Below, in pieces: positions 38,491-52,325 of a stretch of DNA of 64,000 nucleotides (its first letter is position 1; each line of letters begins with the position of its first letter). Source of the DNA: Squalus acanthias (Eukaryota); contig CM059432.1 in assembly GCA_030390025.1 (NCBI GenBank), positions 24,368,001 through 24,432,000 on the forward strand. Reading direction: 5' to 3'. The notes below the pieces were generated by a model that saw nothing but the letters and a program-made list of their open reading frames with translations, was not told the origin of the DNA and did no database searches. The translations under genes and the position numbers were made by a program.

Positions 38491-39543
38491 ATTCAGAGAT
38501 TCAGATACACACACACTCACTCAGTGGACCTTCACTGACAGCTGAGTTTTGTATGAGTTGTTATTTATTTATAGAGTTAGATACTTACCCATATTCCCAG
38601 GGGACCTTTATTGACTCAGAAAGATGCTCTTTCTTTCCCCATTAAATCTTCAAAGATCTGAACCTAACTTCGAAATGCAATTCATTGGACACTAGGCACT
38701 TTGGGATGTCCTGGGTGAAATGATAATACCTAATCAAATTTCCCTCAACAATAACTTTCAAAATAGTGTTTAATACAGCTAACCTTCATTATCAGTGATC
38801 ATTCTGATTCACCACTTAGTGTAATTGATGATGCTTAAGAATGAGCTGCACTTCCTCTAAGCTCCAGTTTGTTAGGTTGCCTCTTCAGTATTTGTAGCCT
38901 ATGTTAATGTGTCTTTTATTATGTCCATTCAGGAGGGTCTGGTCTGTGGAGCATGACCAGTGTCAGTGCCATACTTTAGTTAGGCAATCGTAAAACTGAG
39001 TGGATAATTTATTTTCGAACTGCTGTGCTGGCACACAGTGCCTCATCTCACAGCTAAGACAGCAGTTAATAAAACTCTAAGGGGGTTAAATTGGATAACC
39101 CCCCCACCCCCGAAAATGGGAGCCAAGATCACGGTTCGTGATTAACCCGTGCCTGTTCATTGCACTGCAGGCGGAACATTAAATTGGTGCTGGCTGCTGT
39201 TTTACACGATTGCTACGTGCAGCCAGTGCTACCTGCGCTGTTCATTGGCTGCACACGTCAGCAGGGGGCCCAATATCATGGGTGACTAGTGCTACTTAAA
39301 GGCAGCCTGCACCTCTTAAAGGGGAGATGCATTGTGGCTGTAAGAAGTGTTGGGAGTCATTTGAAAACTGAATCTGTGCTGTGATACTTTAAGGAATTGC
39401 TGAACATGTGAGAGAGCTTGCACCAAGGTTTACTGATAATGCACTGGAGGTCTTAGTGCAAGAGGTGGCGAGAAGGAGAGACATCCTGTATTCAGAGGGG
39501 GACAGGAGGCTCTCCAGGCATATGCTCTGGAGGCAGTGGAATG

Positions 39544-40556
39544 AACATAAGAACATAAGAAGTAAGGGCAGGAGTAGGCCATACGGCCCCTCGAGCCTGC
39601 TCCGTCATTCAATAAGATCATGGCTGATCATCGACCTCAACTCGACTTTCCCGTGCAATCTCCATAGCCCTTGATTCCCCTAGAGTCCAAAAATCTATCT
39701 ATCTCAGCCTTGAATATATTCAAAGACTCAGCATTCACAGCCCTCTGGGGCGGAGAATTCCAAAGATTCACAACCATCTGTTTGAAGAAATTCTTCCTCA
39801 TCTCAGTCTTAAATGGCCTACCCCTTATCCTGAGACTATGTCCCCTAGTTCTAGAGACTCCAGCCAGGGGAAACAACCTCTCAGTATCTACCCTGTCAAT
39901 CCCCTTCAGAATCTTGTATGTTTCAATGAGATCACTTCTCATTCTCTAAATTCCAGAGAGTATAGGCCCATTCTACACAATCTCTCATCATAGGACAGCC
40001 CTCTTATCCCAGGAATCAATCTAGTGAACCTTTCTTGCACCGCCTCCAAGTCAAGTATATCTTTCCTTAGATAAGGAGAGCAAAACTGTGCACAGTACTT
40101 CAAGTGTGGTCTCACCAAGGCCCTGTACAATTGTAGCAAGACTTCCTTACTCTTATACTCCAACCCCCTTGCAAGAAAGGCCATCATGCCATTTGCCTTC
40201 CTTATTGCTTGCTGTACCTGCATGCTAGCTTTCTGTGTTTCTTGCACGAGGTCACCCAAATCTCTCTGAACACCAACATTTGAAAGTTTCTCACCATTTA
40301 AAAATATTCTGTTTTTCTATTCTTCGTACCAAAGTGAATAACCTCACATTTCCCTACATTATACTCCATCTGCCACCTTACTGCCCACTCACTTAGTCTA
40401 TCTATATCCCTTTGCAGACTCTTTGTGTTCTCCTCACAGCTTACTGTCCCACCTAGCTTTGTATCATCAGCAAACTTGGATACATTACACTCGGTCCCTT
40501 CATCTAGGTCATTAATATAGATTGTAAATAGCTGAGGCCCCAACACTGATCCTTGC
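39544..40556 (-). mobile_element. CR1 LINE 3' fragment inserted in Myb exon 1
   Basis: ORFs 40298-40546, 39939-40259, 39637-39942; tail revcomp (AACATAAG)n. Confidence 0.93.
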
Positions 40557-42147
40557 GGCAGAGGTCAATGCCAGTAGTATAGGTCCAAGAACATGGATGC
40601 AGTGTAGGAAGAAGTTTAATGATCTGACACGAGTTGTCAAGATGAGTGAGTTCCATCTTCAAATGGCATATCCTACCAACTGCACCACTAGCCTCATCCA
40701 CTACACCCACCCTCATCACCCACCTAACAACAATCTCTATCAATCAGTACTCAAACCTTCAATTCATATGCTTTACCTCATCCTCAGACACTTAGCCACA
40801 TCACATGTTGCAGGACACTCATTGATACACTTCCCTCTTTCTTGCAGGAGAAGGAGGCGCATAACAGGAGGCAGCAGGAAAGAACTGGAGGAGGACAAGC
40901 ATGCCTGCACTTTTTAACCCCCATGGATTGCTGGACATCATGGGAAGGGGCATTGCTGAGGCCGTGGCCACTGGCAGCGTTAGTGGGATCGATGATGAGG
41001 GTTTCTGCATTCCTAATCCTCCTTATCTCTTCCCACTTCTCCCTCATCCCACAATTTCTTCTGACTCATAAGCTGCAGATAGTGTAAGCACGCACTTCTT
41101 ACTTTCACCTCTCCCCTCACCAGAACCCAACTCTTGTCCCTTTTTCATTTCAGGTACCCAAGAACTGGAATCTTCCCAGCCAGAGAAGGAAGAGGAATAA
41201 GACAGTGATAATGAAGAGACACCGTCAATTGATCTTACACTTGCAGCTACCAGCTCAGAGACTGACATTGATTTAGAGGTTAGGGTAGAGGAAAGATCTG
41301 CAAGTGGTGAGACACTGGGCACAGTGCACAGGAACCAGGGAGGGGTGAAAGGATTCCACAGGTGTTAGCTCACTGGAGGGCGAGGTTGCACACTAGTTCT
41401 GCTGCAGAGGAGTCAGGTGAGGACTTTGAAGACCCAGGCTACAGAAGAAAGCTGATGGGCGCACACAACCAAATGCATGGTGCGCTTCAAAGACTGCCAG
41501 CAAGCCTGCGCACAATGTCAAGGAGCACGGAGGAGTCATACGTTGCGCAGAGCTTGGATCCCATCCTTTCCAACATGGAATGGCTGGCCACCTCCATCAG
41601 CACACCTGTGGAAACCACCATGATGTATCGTCTGATAACAGATGTGACAGCTTCCATTGCAGCACGAGTAGCTTCCAAACAGATTCCACAGAAGCTCTGA
41701 CTGCTGCATTGGAACCTTAGACTGCTGCCTTGCAAGTTCAGACTGCTGCCATCGTGATTTGAGTACCACTGTTCAAAGGAGCTTCCAGGTCCACCAGATT
41801 TCCAACAGATCACCAGGATTGCTGAAGCGTCACCCTGGGAGAGTGGCAATAGCTCTATGGAACAGGAACCTATTGTCCTCTCTCAGGATGACGGCAATCC
41901 TGCTCCCACCCCTGCCATTCCGCCAGTGCCCTTGCTGTTGTCTGTCAGCCAGCCTGCCCAACTAGGCCGAGATGGTGCAGTCTGAAGCCAGCCCTCGGCC
42001 CAGAGCTACTCGAGATCATCCTCCAAGGCCATCTGCAGTCTTCTCAATTGAAAATCAGCAGCCTCCCACCTCACATGCTGCAGCCACTGGGGAAGCACCT
42101 CGTAGGAGCACTAGGAAAGGTAAAGGCACACGGAAGACAGCCACTAG

Positions 42148-42512
42148 AAAGAAAAGAAAGAAAGACTTGCATTTAGATAGTGGCTTTCATGACCACCAGA
42201 CATCCCAAAGCACTTTACAGCCACTGTTGTAATGTAGGAAACGCGGCAGCAAGTCCACACAAACAGCAATGTGATAATGACCAGATAATCTGTTTTTAGA
42301 GATGTTGATTGAGGGATAAATATTGGCCAGGACACCGGGAATAACTCCCCTGCTCTTCTTTGAAATAGTGCCATGGGATCTTTTACATCCAGCTGATAGA
42401 TCAGACGGGGCCTTGGTTTAACGTCTAATCCGAAAGACGGCACCTCCGACAGTGCAGCACTCCCTCAGTACTGCACTGGAGTGTCGGCCTAGATTTTTGT
42501 ACTCAAGTCTCA
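42148..42512 (-). mobile_element. Deu-domain SINE (SacSINE1/AmnSINE1-related), 5'-truncated
   Basis: Revcomp GACACTCCAGTGCAGTACTGAGGGAGTGCTGCACTGTCGGAGGTGCCGTCTTTCGG...AAAGATCCCATGGCACTATTTC is the recalled Deu domain. L2-type tail; flanking CACTA repeat. Confidence 0.8.
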
Positions 42513-42654
42513 AGTCACTAAGGGAATGCACAAGGGTGATTAGTTTCATTTTTTATGTATTATTTAATGATTGAATTAATAAATTTGGATTTGAATTTGC
42601 ATTTGTTGGTGGTTTTTATTTCTCCAGTGAACTGAGGGAGGAACCAATAAGTTT

Positions 42655-43480
42655 TTTAAATTTGTTTATGGGATCAGGGCGTCGCTGGCAATGCCAGCAT
42701 TTATTGCCCATCCCTAGCTGCCCTTGAGAAGGTGGTGGTGAGCTGCCTTCTTGAACCGCTGCAGTCCGTGTGGTAATGGTACTCCCACCGTGCTGTTAGG
42801 TAGGGAGTTCCAGGATTTTGACCCAGCAACGATGAAGGATCGGCGATATACTTCTAAGTCAGGATGGTGTGTGACTTGGAGGGGAACTTGGAGGTGGTGG
42901 TGTTCCCATGCGCCTGCTGCCCTTGTCCTTCTCGGTGGAAGAGGTCGCGGGTTTTGGAAGTGCTGCCGAAGAAGCCTTGGCGAGTTGCTGCAGTGCATCT
43001 TGTAGATGGTACACACTGCAGCCACAGTACGCCAGTGGTGGAGGGAGTGAATGTTTAAGGTGGTGGATGGGGTGCCAATCAAGTGTTGTCAGGAAGAGGA
43101 TGATGTGGTGGTCAGTGGGAGAGGAAAGGTAAGGAGTGTGGAACTGTTGGTGAATGGCTGAGGTTTCAAGTCTCGCTCATGAATAATCTGATCACATAGA
43201 GCTCTGGGAGAAAGGGGCAGAAATTGATGATGCAGCTGCAGATGGTTAGGCCAAGGGCACTTCCCTGAGGAATTCCTATTGTAATGTCCTGGGTCTGTGC
43301 TGACTAGCCTCTGACAACCACAACCATCTTCCTTTGCATCAGGAAGGACTCCAGTCGCCAAAGGTTTTTCCCTTTGACCTATACCTTTATGTTTTGCTAG
43401 GTCTCCTTGGTGCTCTATTCTATCAAATTCTAGCTTTGGTGCACAGGGCTACCGTACTTGTCCTGATAATGACATTGTTG
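42655..43480 (-). mobile_element. Fragments of the 34430-38490 LINE family (young 3' end 42655-43085; older RT piece to ~43480)
   Basis: ORF 42714-43082 is nearly identical to the C-terminus of ORF 37777-38424. Confidence 0.85.
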
Positions 43481-43813
43481 TCATGATGGAAAGCTGTGCA
43501 TGGCACTCCAATGGTTGAGTGGGTCAAAGTAGTGTAGCACTAAAACTGGATCAGAAAGTCCCAGGTTTGGTTCCTTGTTAGATGATCTCAAATGGGATCG
43601 AAGTTGAGTTGCTATAATTGGTATCAGTGCTCTTGCCGTAGGGAGGCAAGAAATCAGCCAGGATTCCTTCTCCTTTTGGTTATCCACGGACTCCTGGAAA
43701 GTGTGCATTTTGGACATCAGTTGTAAAAAAAAGATTGGGCCTGACTGACTGGGGAGCTTCAGTTTCATGTTGATGACGCCCGAGACCCAATTTCCATTGG
43801 GCCTTGAGTCAAT

Positions 43814-44495
43814 GGGGGAGAAATTCTCCTGGGGGGGCCATTTGGGGCGCTAAGTCAAAAATGTTTGAAAAGTTAGCACCAATCAAGCGCCCCACTTGCT
43901 TCTTGGAGCGCAAGAGGCGGGGAATGTCCCGATCCGGGGCGATGTGCTCAGCAGCGCCACGTGTGGCCATGTGTGGTGCTGCCGCATTGCAGGGGGTCTT
44001 CCCTCAATTAAAGGGAAGGGCTCCCCGCTGCGAGCTCTGCATTTTTTTTTGGCATCTGCTGGAGCACCGGGGTGCGGGAGTGCCGCGCGATCAGCTGAGT
44101 GCCGGGCTGACCAATCGCGGCACTCAGCCCGCGTCCGGTGCTCAGAATTTTTTTTTTTTCAAATCGTCGCTTTTTTTCATGTTGGCCGGCCACCGCGCCT
44201 TTAAACGGCGTCCCGCGAGTGGCCGGCCTCACTGTTCGCGACCCCTGCAGCAGTCGGTAACATCGCCTGGCGCTGCTGCGGGGCACGAGGGGGAATTTTT
44301 CTCCTGAGGCGCTACCGAGACATTGCACCCAGAGATGATGTCATGATCTCCGGGCGCAGAAGATCGGGGCGATACCCGGGAGTGCCGCCGCTAATCTGCA
44401 GAATTTCGCGGGAGGCGTGGTTCCTCGGGGAGGGGGGGGGGGCAAAAAGCCATTTGCGTCCTGTTAGTGCCTCCCATGATGGGAATTTCGCCCCC
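43814..44495. mobile_element. Harbinger-type MITE (682 bp, CpG-rich)
   Basis: TIR GGGGGAGAAATTC / GAATTTCGCCCCC, TSD AAT. Confidence 0.85.
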
Positions 44496-44645
44496 AATGT
44501 CTTCGGGTAGGTGGCACGATCATGTCACCCATTTTGTGCCAACAACTGGCACTGCTCCAATTTTTCCCCCTGTGGTCCAGCAGGAGCTGCCACCTTCTGG
44601 AGAGGATGGCAGAAATTTGGACAAAATGAATAAATGTGAACTTTA

Positions 44646-45524
44646 GGGGGAGAAATTCGGTATCGCCCCGTTTGGGGTGCAATTATCGGCTGGGTGCAAA
44701 GTTTAACGCCTGCCGCTAATTATCGCCTCTGACTGCAAACTTGGCTTCTATCGTCCCTGGAGGTGATTGGAGTGCTAAATCAGGAGCTATACACCTCTCC
44801 TAAGTTGCTAATGCCGAGAAGCGAGGCGCTACCTCAGAGCGCCGGCGAAGCTCATGTGATGTCAGTCAGCAATGGAACACAGACACACTGGCGCCGGCCA
44901 GTTCTTAAAGGGAAGGGTCGATCTAGTTCTCCATCCACACCCTACTCATTGCAACCTTGAATCTCGGCCTGGAGAGAACTGTACATCAAATCTGCTGGAA
45001 AGAACAATAGAGAGGCCCAGGGAAAGAGCTCAGAGTGCAGCCCCCATACTCTCTTTTGAATCGATGCAAGGAAGGTCAAATCAAAGTGCTGCTCAGTACC
45101 CAAAACTCCTTCACACAGCATTGAATCTCTCCAGAAGTCTCTCTCTCTCTCTCTCAGAATGCGTGGTGCAAAAATGTAGGCGACAAAAAAGGGCAGGAAG
45201 CGGTTGCCTTTAAATAGCGCTCCCCCAGTCCCTTCCCAACTGCAAAACGCTCCCCTCAACCTGTCGTTGCTAGCGGCAGGCGGTAAGGCAGGGGGCGCCA
45301 CTCAATATCCGGTCCGGGGCGCTACCGGGGCGTTGCACGCTCGACTGATGTCACGATCTGTGGGCGCAGGAGATCGTGGCAGTAGTGTTTAGCGCTGCCG
45401 CAAAATGTCTGGCCAATTTTGCAAGTGGCGCAAACATCGTCGTGCCCGGGCGCTAGTTGCATTGTGCCCCATTGTGCCTCTTAGGGCGCTAACGCGAGGC
45501 ACAAAGCAACCGAATTTTCCCCCC
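44646..45524 (+). mobile_element. Non-autonomous deletion derivative of the 10384-14553 family (879 bp)
   Basis: TIR GGGGGAGAAATTCGGT / ACCGAATTTTCCCCCC, TSD TTA. Left ~390 bp match 10384-10770 and right ~490 bp match 14040-14553. Confidence 0.93.
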
Positions 45525-45607
45525 TTAGACTTTTGCTCACAGTGATGATAATTCTTGCCTAGATTCAGATGCAATGAATATCCCAGTAATATAAATCAAG
45601 ACTCAAT

Positions 45608-47114
45608 GGGGAAAAAATTTGGTTTGTTAGTGCCTCCCATTAGCGCCTGCAGAGGACGGTAATGGGGCACTGATGCAATAGTGCCGAGGCGAGGCGAATC
45701 CAGCCCCGTACGACAAATCCGGCCCCCCCATTGCGCCACCGGTACGAGGTACCGCCATGGACTTCAACGCCAGGCAGATTGTGATGTCAGTGAGCAGGGT
45801 GCCAGAACTGGAAAATTCATTGTCGCCACTTACCTTTGTACCTCGACCAGACAGCGACAGGGAGAGCTGGTGTGCAGCTGCAGGAAGCCGGCTCCAGCGA
45901 CGTTATTTAAAGGCAACAGCATTAATCACTCGCATCTGTCAGGGCAGGTTAGTCTCAGTGGTTTCTTGTCAGTTTCACCCAGTGGATGAGTTTGTATAAG
46001 TAATTTCAAGCTTCTTTTTTATCAGCAGTCTTCTGGCAAGTGCAAAGTGGCTACATTCATTGTTCAAAGATTCAAACTGCTACACTTGGCAACATTAATG
46101 GGGGCTATACTGGCATGTCACCTCGCCCTCCAGGATCTACTGTGGAGGGAGCATAGGCAGCAAGAAATACGGGAATATGTGCGCAGAGAAGAGGAGGGAC
46201 ATCAGGGCTCTCACCAGGAGGCCTTACCCTCTGAGGGTATTCCGACAGCACTTCTCCTTCCTTCAATTAAGCGAGGTGCAGTGTATTAGACTGCTCCGCA
46301 TCACCAAGGTGGTGGTCACAGAACACTGCCACCTCCTCCAAACAGACCTCCAGCCTCACACCAGGATGAATTAAACCCGAGATCCCTTTTGCTCACCACA
46401 TGCCCATCGTACCACCCCTGTGTCATGCCATATCACAGTGTCCTCCTGGGTGCAAAGGTGAAATGAGAGAGACCACAAAATATTGCAAACTTCATCAATA
46501 AATTTATCCATAAACATATTACACATATCACATGAATTCTAATAACTAATGACCCTTGTGCCTGCCATAGTTGAATAGCTGTCATTGTGTGCAAGGCATG
46601 AGATGTGCATGTGAGTGTTGGTAGGTCGAGATTGTTAGTGGGTGAGTGCTGAGGGTGTGATGCTTTGGGCAGTGTGTGAGGCTTGTGGTACAGATGGTGG
46701 TATGTTGCATTTGTTGAAGCATTCAATCACCCTGACCACCCGACTGAGGTGGATCTGCCATGAGCACATCTGCTTCAGTCCTCCGGCACCTTCTCCTTGT
46801 TGTGCTTCTCCTTGCTGAGGCACAGCCAGCAATGCTGAGAATGAGGTGCTGCAGTATCAATGAACCTCCCTTTTAAATACTGGGAAACGCCTGTGGTAAT
46901 GATGAGTTGAGATAAGACTGCACCCGATATTGGTCCACCCTTGGAATGTAACACCACTGAGCTAGGCCTTTAATACTTGATTTAGCGCCCCAATCATTTC
47001 TTTGAGTAGTGAGAATGAATTTTCTGTGCAATCTAAAGCATTAGCTCCTGGCGCTAATTCTCAAACTTTTCAAAAGCTACCGCCCATTCTTGGGCTATAA
47101 TGAATTTCTAGCCC
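45608..47114. mobile_element. Internally deleted Harbinger element, inverted relative of 61643-63790
   Basis: Ends GGGGAAAAAATT / GAATTTCTAGCCC. Transposase N-terminus on plus (MGAILA...RRPYPLRVFRQHFSFLQLSEVQC); 46380-47114 matches revcomp 61643-62560. Confidence 0.8.
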
Positions 47115-48398
47115 AACATCTCTCAAAAGATCCTACTATGTCCAGTACTGTTCTTGTTAGTGTTTCCTTTCCAAAGCCATTCGTTCTCAAGGCATCTGAA
47201 GGTAGTTGGCAGTCATTTTTTCCACTTAATAGGACTTTACAATTAGGCATCATTTATGCCATACAAAATTAATTAGAAATGTCTGTAGCTGTTTATGAAT
47301 ATGCAGTTATGCAAAAATAAATAGAGAGTTGAGTCTATGTTCTAAACCTTTGTGGTTTGCTATTTGCATATGTTTTAGATGACTGCGCTGAAAGCCAGCT
47401 GTCTTGATCAGCTATGGCAGAATGCATATGCAATGCTCTAATGAGAATTGCAAATTTATTAAAAACCATATTTTTGCAATTTGCTTGCATAAGTGGTTGC
47501 AAAACCAAATGATTCCATAGTATTAAATGGGTAAGAATATGTTTCTGTGTAGTGACATCTTCATTGAAGAGTCTTTCATGACGTTGCTTATGAACTTTTA
47601 TGGATGGCATCTGTTGTTTTGCACTTGAATGGGAACCCGGTCCTCACACTGTCAACTTGTCAATCAAGGCCATTGTTGGGATTGACGTTCTTGCCATTAG
47701 ATGTTCTATCTGCTGCAGCCTTTTACCAAATGATGCACAATGGATATTCCTACTGTGAGTCTGCTGCATGTCATTCAGTTAGATAAATACGATGTCAATA
47801 CTTGCGGTGCATCTCACTCCAAAATGTTTTTTATTTTCCTATTTTTCATCCTTTACTGAAAGTGCTAATTCTTGTTTGGACTTGGACCCTGAATGCTGGA
47901 AGCCCTCAGACAACCTGTCCAAATGGGCATTCTTCACATGTGAGCCTAGACAGTGTGTGTCGGCAGGCTATCTGATCAGTCGAATATGATTTTATTATCA
48001 CATGCCTCCGCACATCCATTTTCTAAGTGATCACTGAATATCATTTAGCAGCCGAATCCTAGCTGATGTTTCACCTTCCTAGCTAGGGGCTCGAGGTCCA
48101 ATTGTAACACCCCCAACAACCCCAGGTCAGATCAGCTAACTCAGTACATGCTGTGGGTTGATCCTGAAACCATAGCTCATCATAATGAGCTGTGGATTTA
48201 TTTACTGAATCATTAGGAGAGTTTTCTGATCTAACGGCCGCGATTTTACCATCGGCGGCAGGTTGGAGTCGGGTTGGCTGGTCGGTGGGTTCTGGTCTGG
48301 CTGCCGTTTCATCCACTCTGAATTAACTATTTTCCCTTAACTGGGCGTGTCGCCCTGCCCAGTCAGTGGGTTCGGGTCTGCTGCTCGCCTCTGCTGAC

Positions 48399-48627
48399 TG
48401 ACATGAATCTTGTCATTCATGTGGAAATGACTTATGAAATAATACTAGGCGGCCTGCTGGTGGCGCTGTCCAGGGAGAGTATAAATACTCGGGCATGGGC
48501 CCAGCTTGCTCAGGACATTCTTTAACAGGAACTAGTGAAGGACACAACTAAATCTCCATGTTGAAAAACAGTTGATTAATGCTTTGTTTAACGCTTAGAC
48601 CAAGTGCCTAGTAGTTTTCTTACGTCA
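48399..48627 (+). mobile_element. Solo LTR (229 bp)
   Basis: TGAC...GTCA termini, 5-bp TSD CTGAC, TATAAATA box, near-identical to 58803-59031. Confidence 0.85.
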
Positions 48628-48721
48628 CTGACGTCTTTCATTCAGTTGCATTTAAGGGGCCCATGCAGCCTTATGGTTTTTCATTCATTTTCTGATGCTT
48701 CTCAGTGTGGCAGATAGAGAG

Positions 48722-50650
48722 ATGACTGGTTTAAGAGCAAAGGCCTCTCCAAGATTTGATGATGACTCCCTCCATGCTCTTGTGGAGGGAGTGAGAGGGC
48801 GCAAAGGGGTTCTGTTCCCCTCAAATGGATGGAGGAAGCCTCCTCAGCAGACTAATGCAGCCTGGCTGTAAATTGCTGAGGAGGTTAGCGCCAGCTCTTT
48901 GTACTCACACACCTGCCGCAAAAGGTTCAATGATCTGCTACGCTCAGCACAAGTGAGTATAACATCACACTTACCTTCAATCTGCTCCCCATCTCCTCTC
49001 ATCACCAGCACTCTGCATTGTCAACCTACTCCTGTACATCCCAACTTACCCTTACATCCCTTGTACCCTTAACCATCCCTCTCTCTCTATGTACAGAATC
49101 ACTCCACCATTCTACTATGCACCCCTCACACTCGCTATCACTGTTATGCAATGGTAATAACTAACAACGCACAGGGAGGGCCCTTGGTATTGGCACCTCA
49201 CTCCATCTTTGTCTCCCTCTAAGCATCTATGCTATGGATACTCTACACTCACTCCAACATTCTTGCTCAAACTCCACTTGTGTCCCTCATTGCAGGAAAA
49301 GAGAGCCCACAATAAGAGGGAGAGGGAGAGGGGGAGGACAGGAGGTGGGCCACCTTCCATGGGGCACTTGACCACCACTGAGGAGGCTGTTATTGACATT
49401 ATCGGAGGTGCTGAGGAGCTGGAAGTGGCCAACGAAGAGACAGGCGCAGTAGAGCAAGCTGGTGAGAGAATAGATTTACAACCCTCTCATTTAGATTGCA
49501 TGAGTGACTGATATGGCTTCTGATGTTCATACAGATTGAGTTCTGATCATTGCACAATGTGATGTGCCTGCTATGTTAATATCACATGTCTAACTCATGC
49601 CTTTACTCCCCCACAGGACCATCAAGAGCCCCCCTCCCCACTGTCCAGGAAGAAGAGTCTGAAGACACCTCAGAGGAAGCTGCAACCTCTGAGGGTGCAG
49701 CATCAGCAGAATTGAGCGCACCCAGCACCAGCGCAGAGCCGGGCACCTCGGTGGCTCATTCGCGAGATAGATTAGTGTTGTCACTTGGTGTATCACAGCT
49801 CACAAGTGAGCATCAGCAGATGGTGGAGACAGGGACAGCAGTGGAGAGTTCTCATTGGAGGGTGTGGGGTGCTCCTAGGTCTGCTCAGCTGCATGTGGAC
49901 CCTGTGCCTCTGGGGCCATCCAGAAAGAGAGCAGTGCTGGAACTTCAGGAACAAGTCTAGGAGTCTCTGACAGGGTTTGCAACCATGGTAACTGTGAGTC
50001 TGCAGAGAATGGAGGAGTCCATCTCAAACATGAGCAATGCGGTGGTGCACTCAATGGCAAATGTAGGTGCCGCCATGGAAAGGATGGCAACCTCCATGGA
50101 GGACATAAATCGCCAGATGCAAATGAACATGGTGACTCTTCTAAATAGATGGTCTACTATGAAGGATGGAGGATAGATGGGCATCTATTGAGGAGAGGAA
50201 CCAGAGGTACATGGACGTTCCCGTTATAGAATCATAGAGTCATATGTTATGAGGACAGTTAGTACAGAGATGGGTCCTCATGGCCCCACTGATGTGCAGC
50301 AAGGTGCTCACCAGCCATTTGCTAGCAGTGAAGTGCAGCTGACCCATGAGAGGGATGTTAGTGGTCAACAGCAAAAAAGTGCGGGCTCCTCTCTAAGTGC
50401 TCACACTCCCATGCCACTGCGAAGCCCTCAGTCAGAGCCCCAGATTCCTCACCCAACTGAGATGGCCGTCTCAGCCCCTGCACAGCTGCAGGAGGAGCAG
50501 ACTGTTGCCGAGCCCTCACAGGCTCCAAACCCAGAGGACACCCGCCAAAGGCGTCGAAGCAGGCGCAGCATGGAAGTGAGCAAGGTGCCTCAACATCTGC
50601 TGAAGCCACAGGGGAAGCACCACGTAGTAGCACGTGTAAGAGAAAGTTAA
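48722..50650 (+). pseudogene. Harbinger Myb/SANT-like gene; exons 48722-48952, ~49296-49461, ~49617-50650
   Basis: SPRFDDDSLHALVEGV..VLFPSNG..AAWL*IAEEVS..TCRKRFNDL|gtgagt; ttgcag|EKRAHNKRERE..RTGGG; acidic and coiled-coil exon 3; several stops and shifts. Confidence 0.8.
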
Positions 50651-50947
50651 CACACAAATAGTCACAAGGGTAGTCACTTGGGTGTTTTGATCTCATACAA
50701 AGTGAAGATTATCATCGTTAATTCAACTGTAATAAAGAAATGCAATGGCAAAGATTCAAAGAGTTGGCCGATGTGTGCTCAGAAATGGAAGTGTCACAGT
50801 GAGGTGTCAGGGCGCCTTTCATCTGTAATTATGGTGCTGAGAGTGATAGGAACCCACAGTTTATTGTTCAGATGCTGTATGGTGTGTTAAGAAGGTCGGC
50901 CAGACACTCATTTCCATGTGCTAGCCACATGTGTTTGCTGCGTAAAC

Positions 50948-52150
50948 TTACGCAAATCTGACGTGGATTGGTGTATTCCTTGTCTCACGGCCAGCAATGT
51001 GCTCACGCACTGGTGGAACTGGCACATCCGCCTCCGCAAGGTCTTCCTCATCTGCATCCTCCTCTGAGGAGGAGGAGGAGGCTGTGCATTGAGCCACTTG
51101 TTCCTCAGGCAGCGATAAGCTATGCTGCTGTGTGATGTTCCACGATGATTCTGGAGACCCTGGTTGATGAGTGCTGTAGGGATCCACCAGATCTGTCGAG
51201 GCATCTGAATCGTATTTTGAGCAAGCCGATGGTTTGCTCTATGATGATTCTTGTGGAAATGTGGCTCACATTGTAGCACTCCTCAGCTTCGTTTGATGGG
51301 CTCCTCATTGGTGTCACTAGCCACGTCTTCAGGGGATAGCCTTTGTCTCCAAGTAGCCATCCATTGGGTTGGCGGATTGAACAGCTGAGGCACAGTAGAT
51401 TGCCGCAGGATGAATGAGTCATGGCAACTGCCAGGGTACTTTGCGCAAACATGCATAATGTTCTTCCTTTGGTTACACACCAGCTGCACGTTAAGGGAGT
51501 GGAAGCCCTTGCGGTTGACAAATACAGCTGGGTTGTGATGGGGTGCCCTAATGGCCACATGTGTGCAGTCTACGATGCCCTGCACCCTTGGGAAGCCTGC
51601 CATATTTTCAAAGCCAACCGCACGCGTGGTTACACTTGCTTCATCCGTGGAGAAGTGGATGTAATTGTGCGACCTTGCAAAGAGGGCATCGGTAACCTGT
51701 GTGATGCAAGTGTGTGTGGCCGACTGGGAGATGCCGCTTATATCTGCTGCTGATTCCCTGGAAGGACCCTAAAGCAAAGAAGTTGAGTCCGGTGGAAACT
51801 TTGACAGCCACTGATAAGGAGTGTCCACCAGCTCCTCTGGGCTCCAGGTGTTGGTGCAGCATTGCGCAGATGTCAGCGACTACCTCTCGTAGAAGTCTCA
51901 GCCTCTTTTGGCACTGCTGCTCACTCATGTTGAGGAAGCTCATCCTCTGCCTGTAAACCCTGTGTTGGGGGTATCTCCTGCGGCGCGGTGCAGTCCTGCG
52001 CTGACACCCACTGCCCTGTGTATCATCAGGTGGCCGAGGAGAAGCTTGGCGCTCCTGTTGTTGCTGCTGCTGTTGTGCCTGGTTCTGCTGTTGCCGCGGC
52101 TGCTCTTCCTCCGATTCTGAGAACTAGGATGAGATTGTGTAGATGGTTCC
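50948..52150 (-). pseudogene. Harbinger DDE transposase, frameshifted
   Basis: [66 protein letters not shown], acidic tail. Confidence 0.9.
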
Positions 52151-52325
52151 CATTCCGCTGGTATATATCTCAGTTGAGGAATAGATGTTATAAGCGGTCA
52201 GTCAATGTGAGGAGAAGGCTTTCCAAGGAGGTCACAGTGCATATGGATCTCAGCTTAAACACTTACATGCTCGAAAGTGAGAAGTCGCACAACACCAGGT
52301 TATAGTCCATCTGTTTTATTTGAAA

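Larger units (their letters stand above)
39081..42650 (+). mobile_element. Partial Harbinger element: Myb/SANT gene pseudogene only, interrupted by a CR1 and a SINE
   Basis: Starts [32 protein letters not shown] (39408-39543) resumes as RTWMQCRKKFNDLTRVVK (~40556-40640), then exon 2 EKEAHNRRQQERTGGG (~40848) and exon 3 ending APRRSTRKGKG. Confidence 0.8.

Noticed and set aside
38589..38665. Minus-strand exon with a strong gtaagt donor
   Set aside because: All three frames have stops from the plausible acceptors.
43490..43780. Old tRNA-like SINE (with a possible inverted relative at ~47900-48190)
   Set aside because: Too degenerate to assign boundaries or family by eye.
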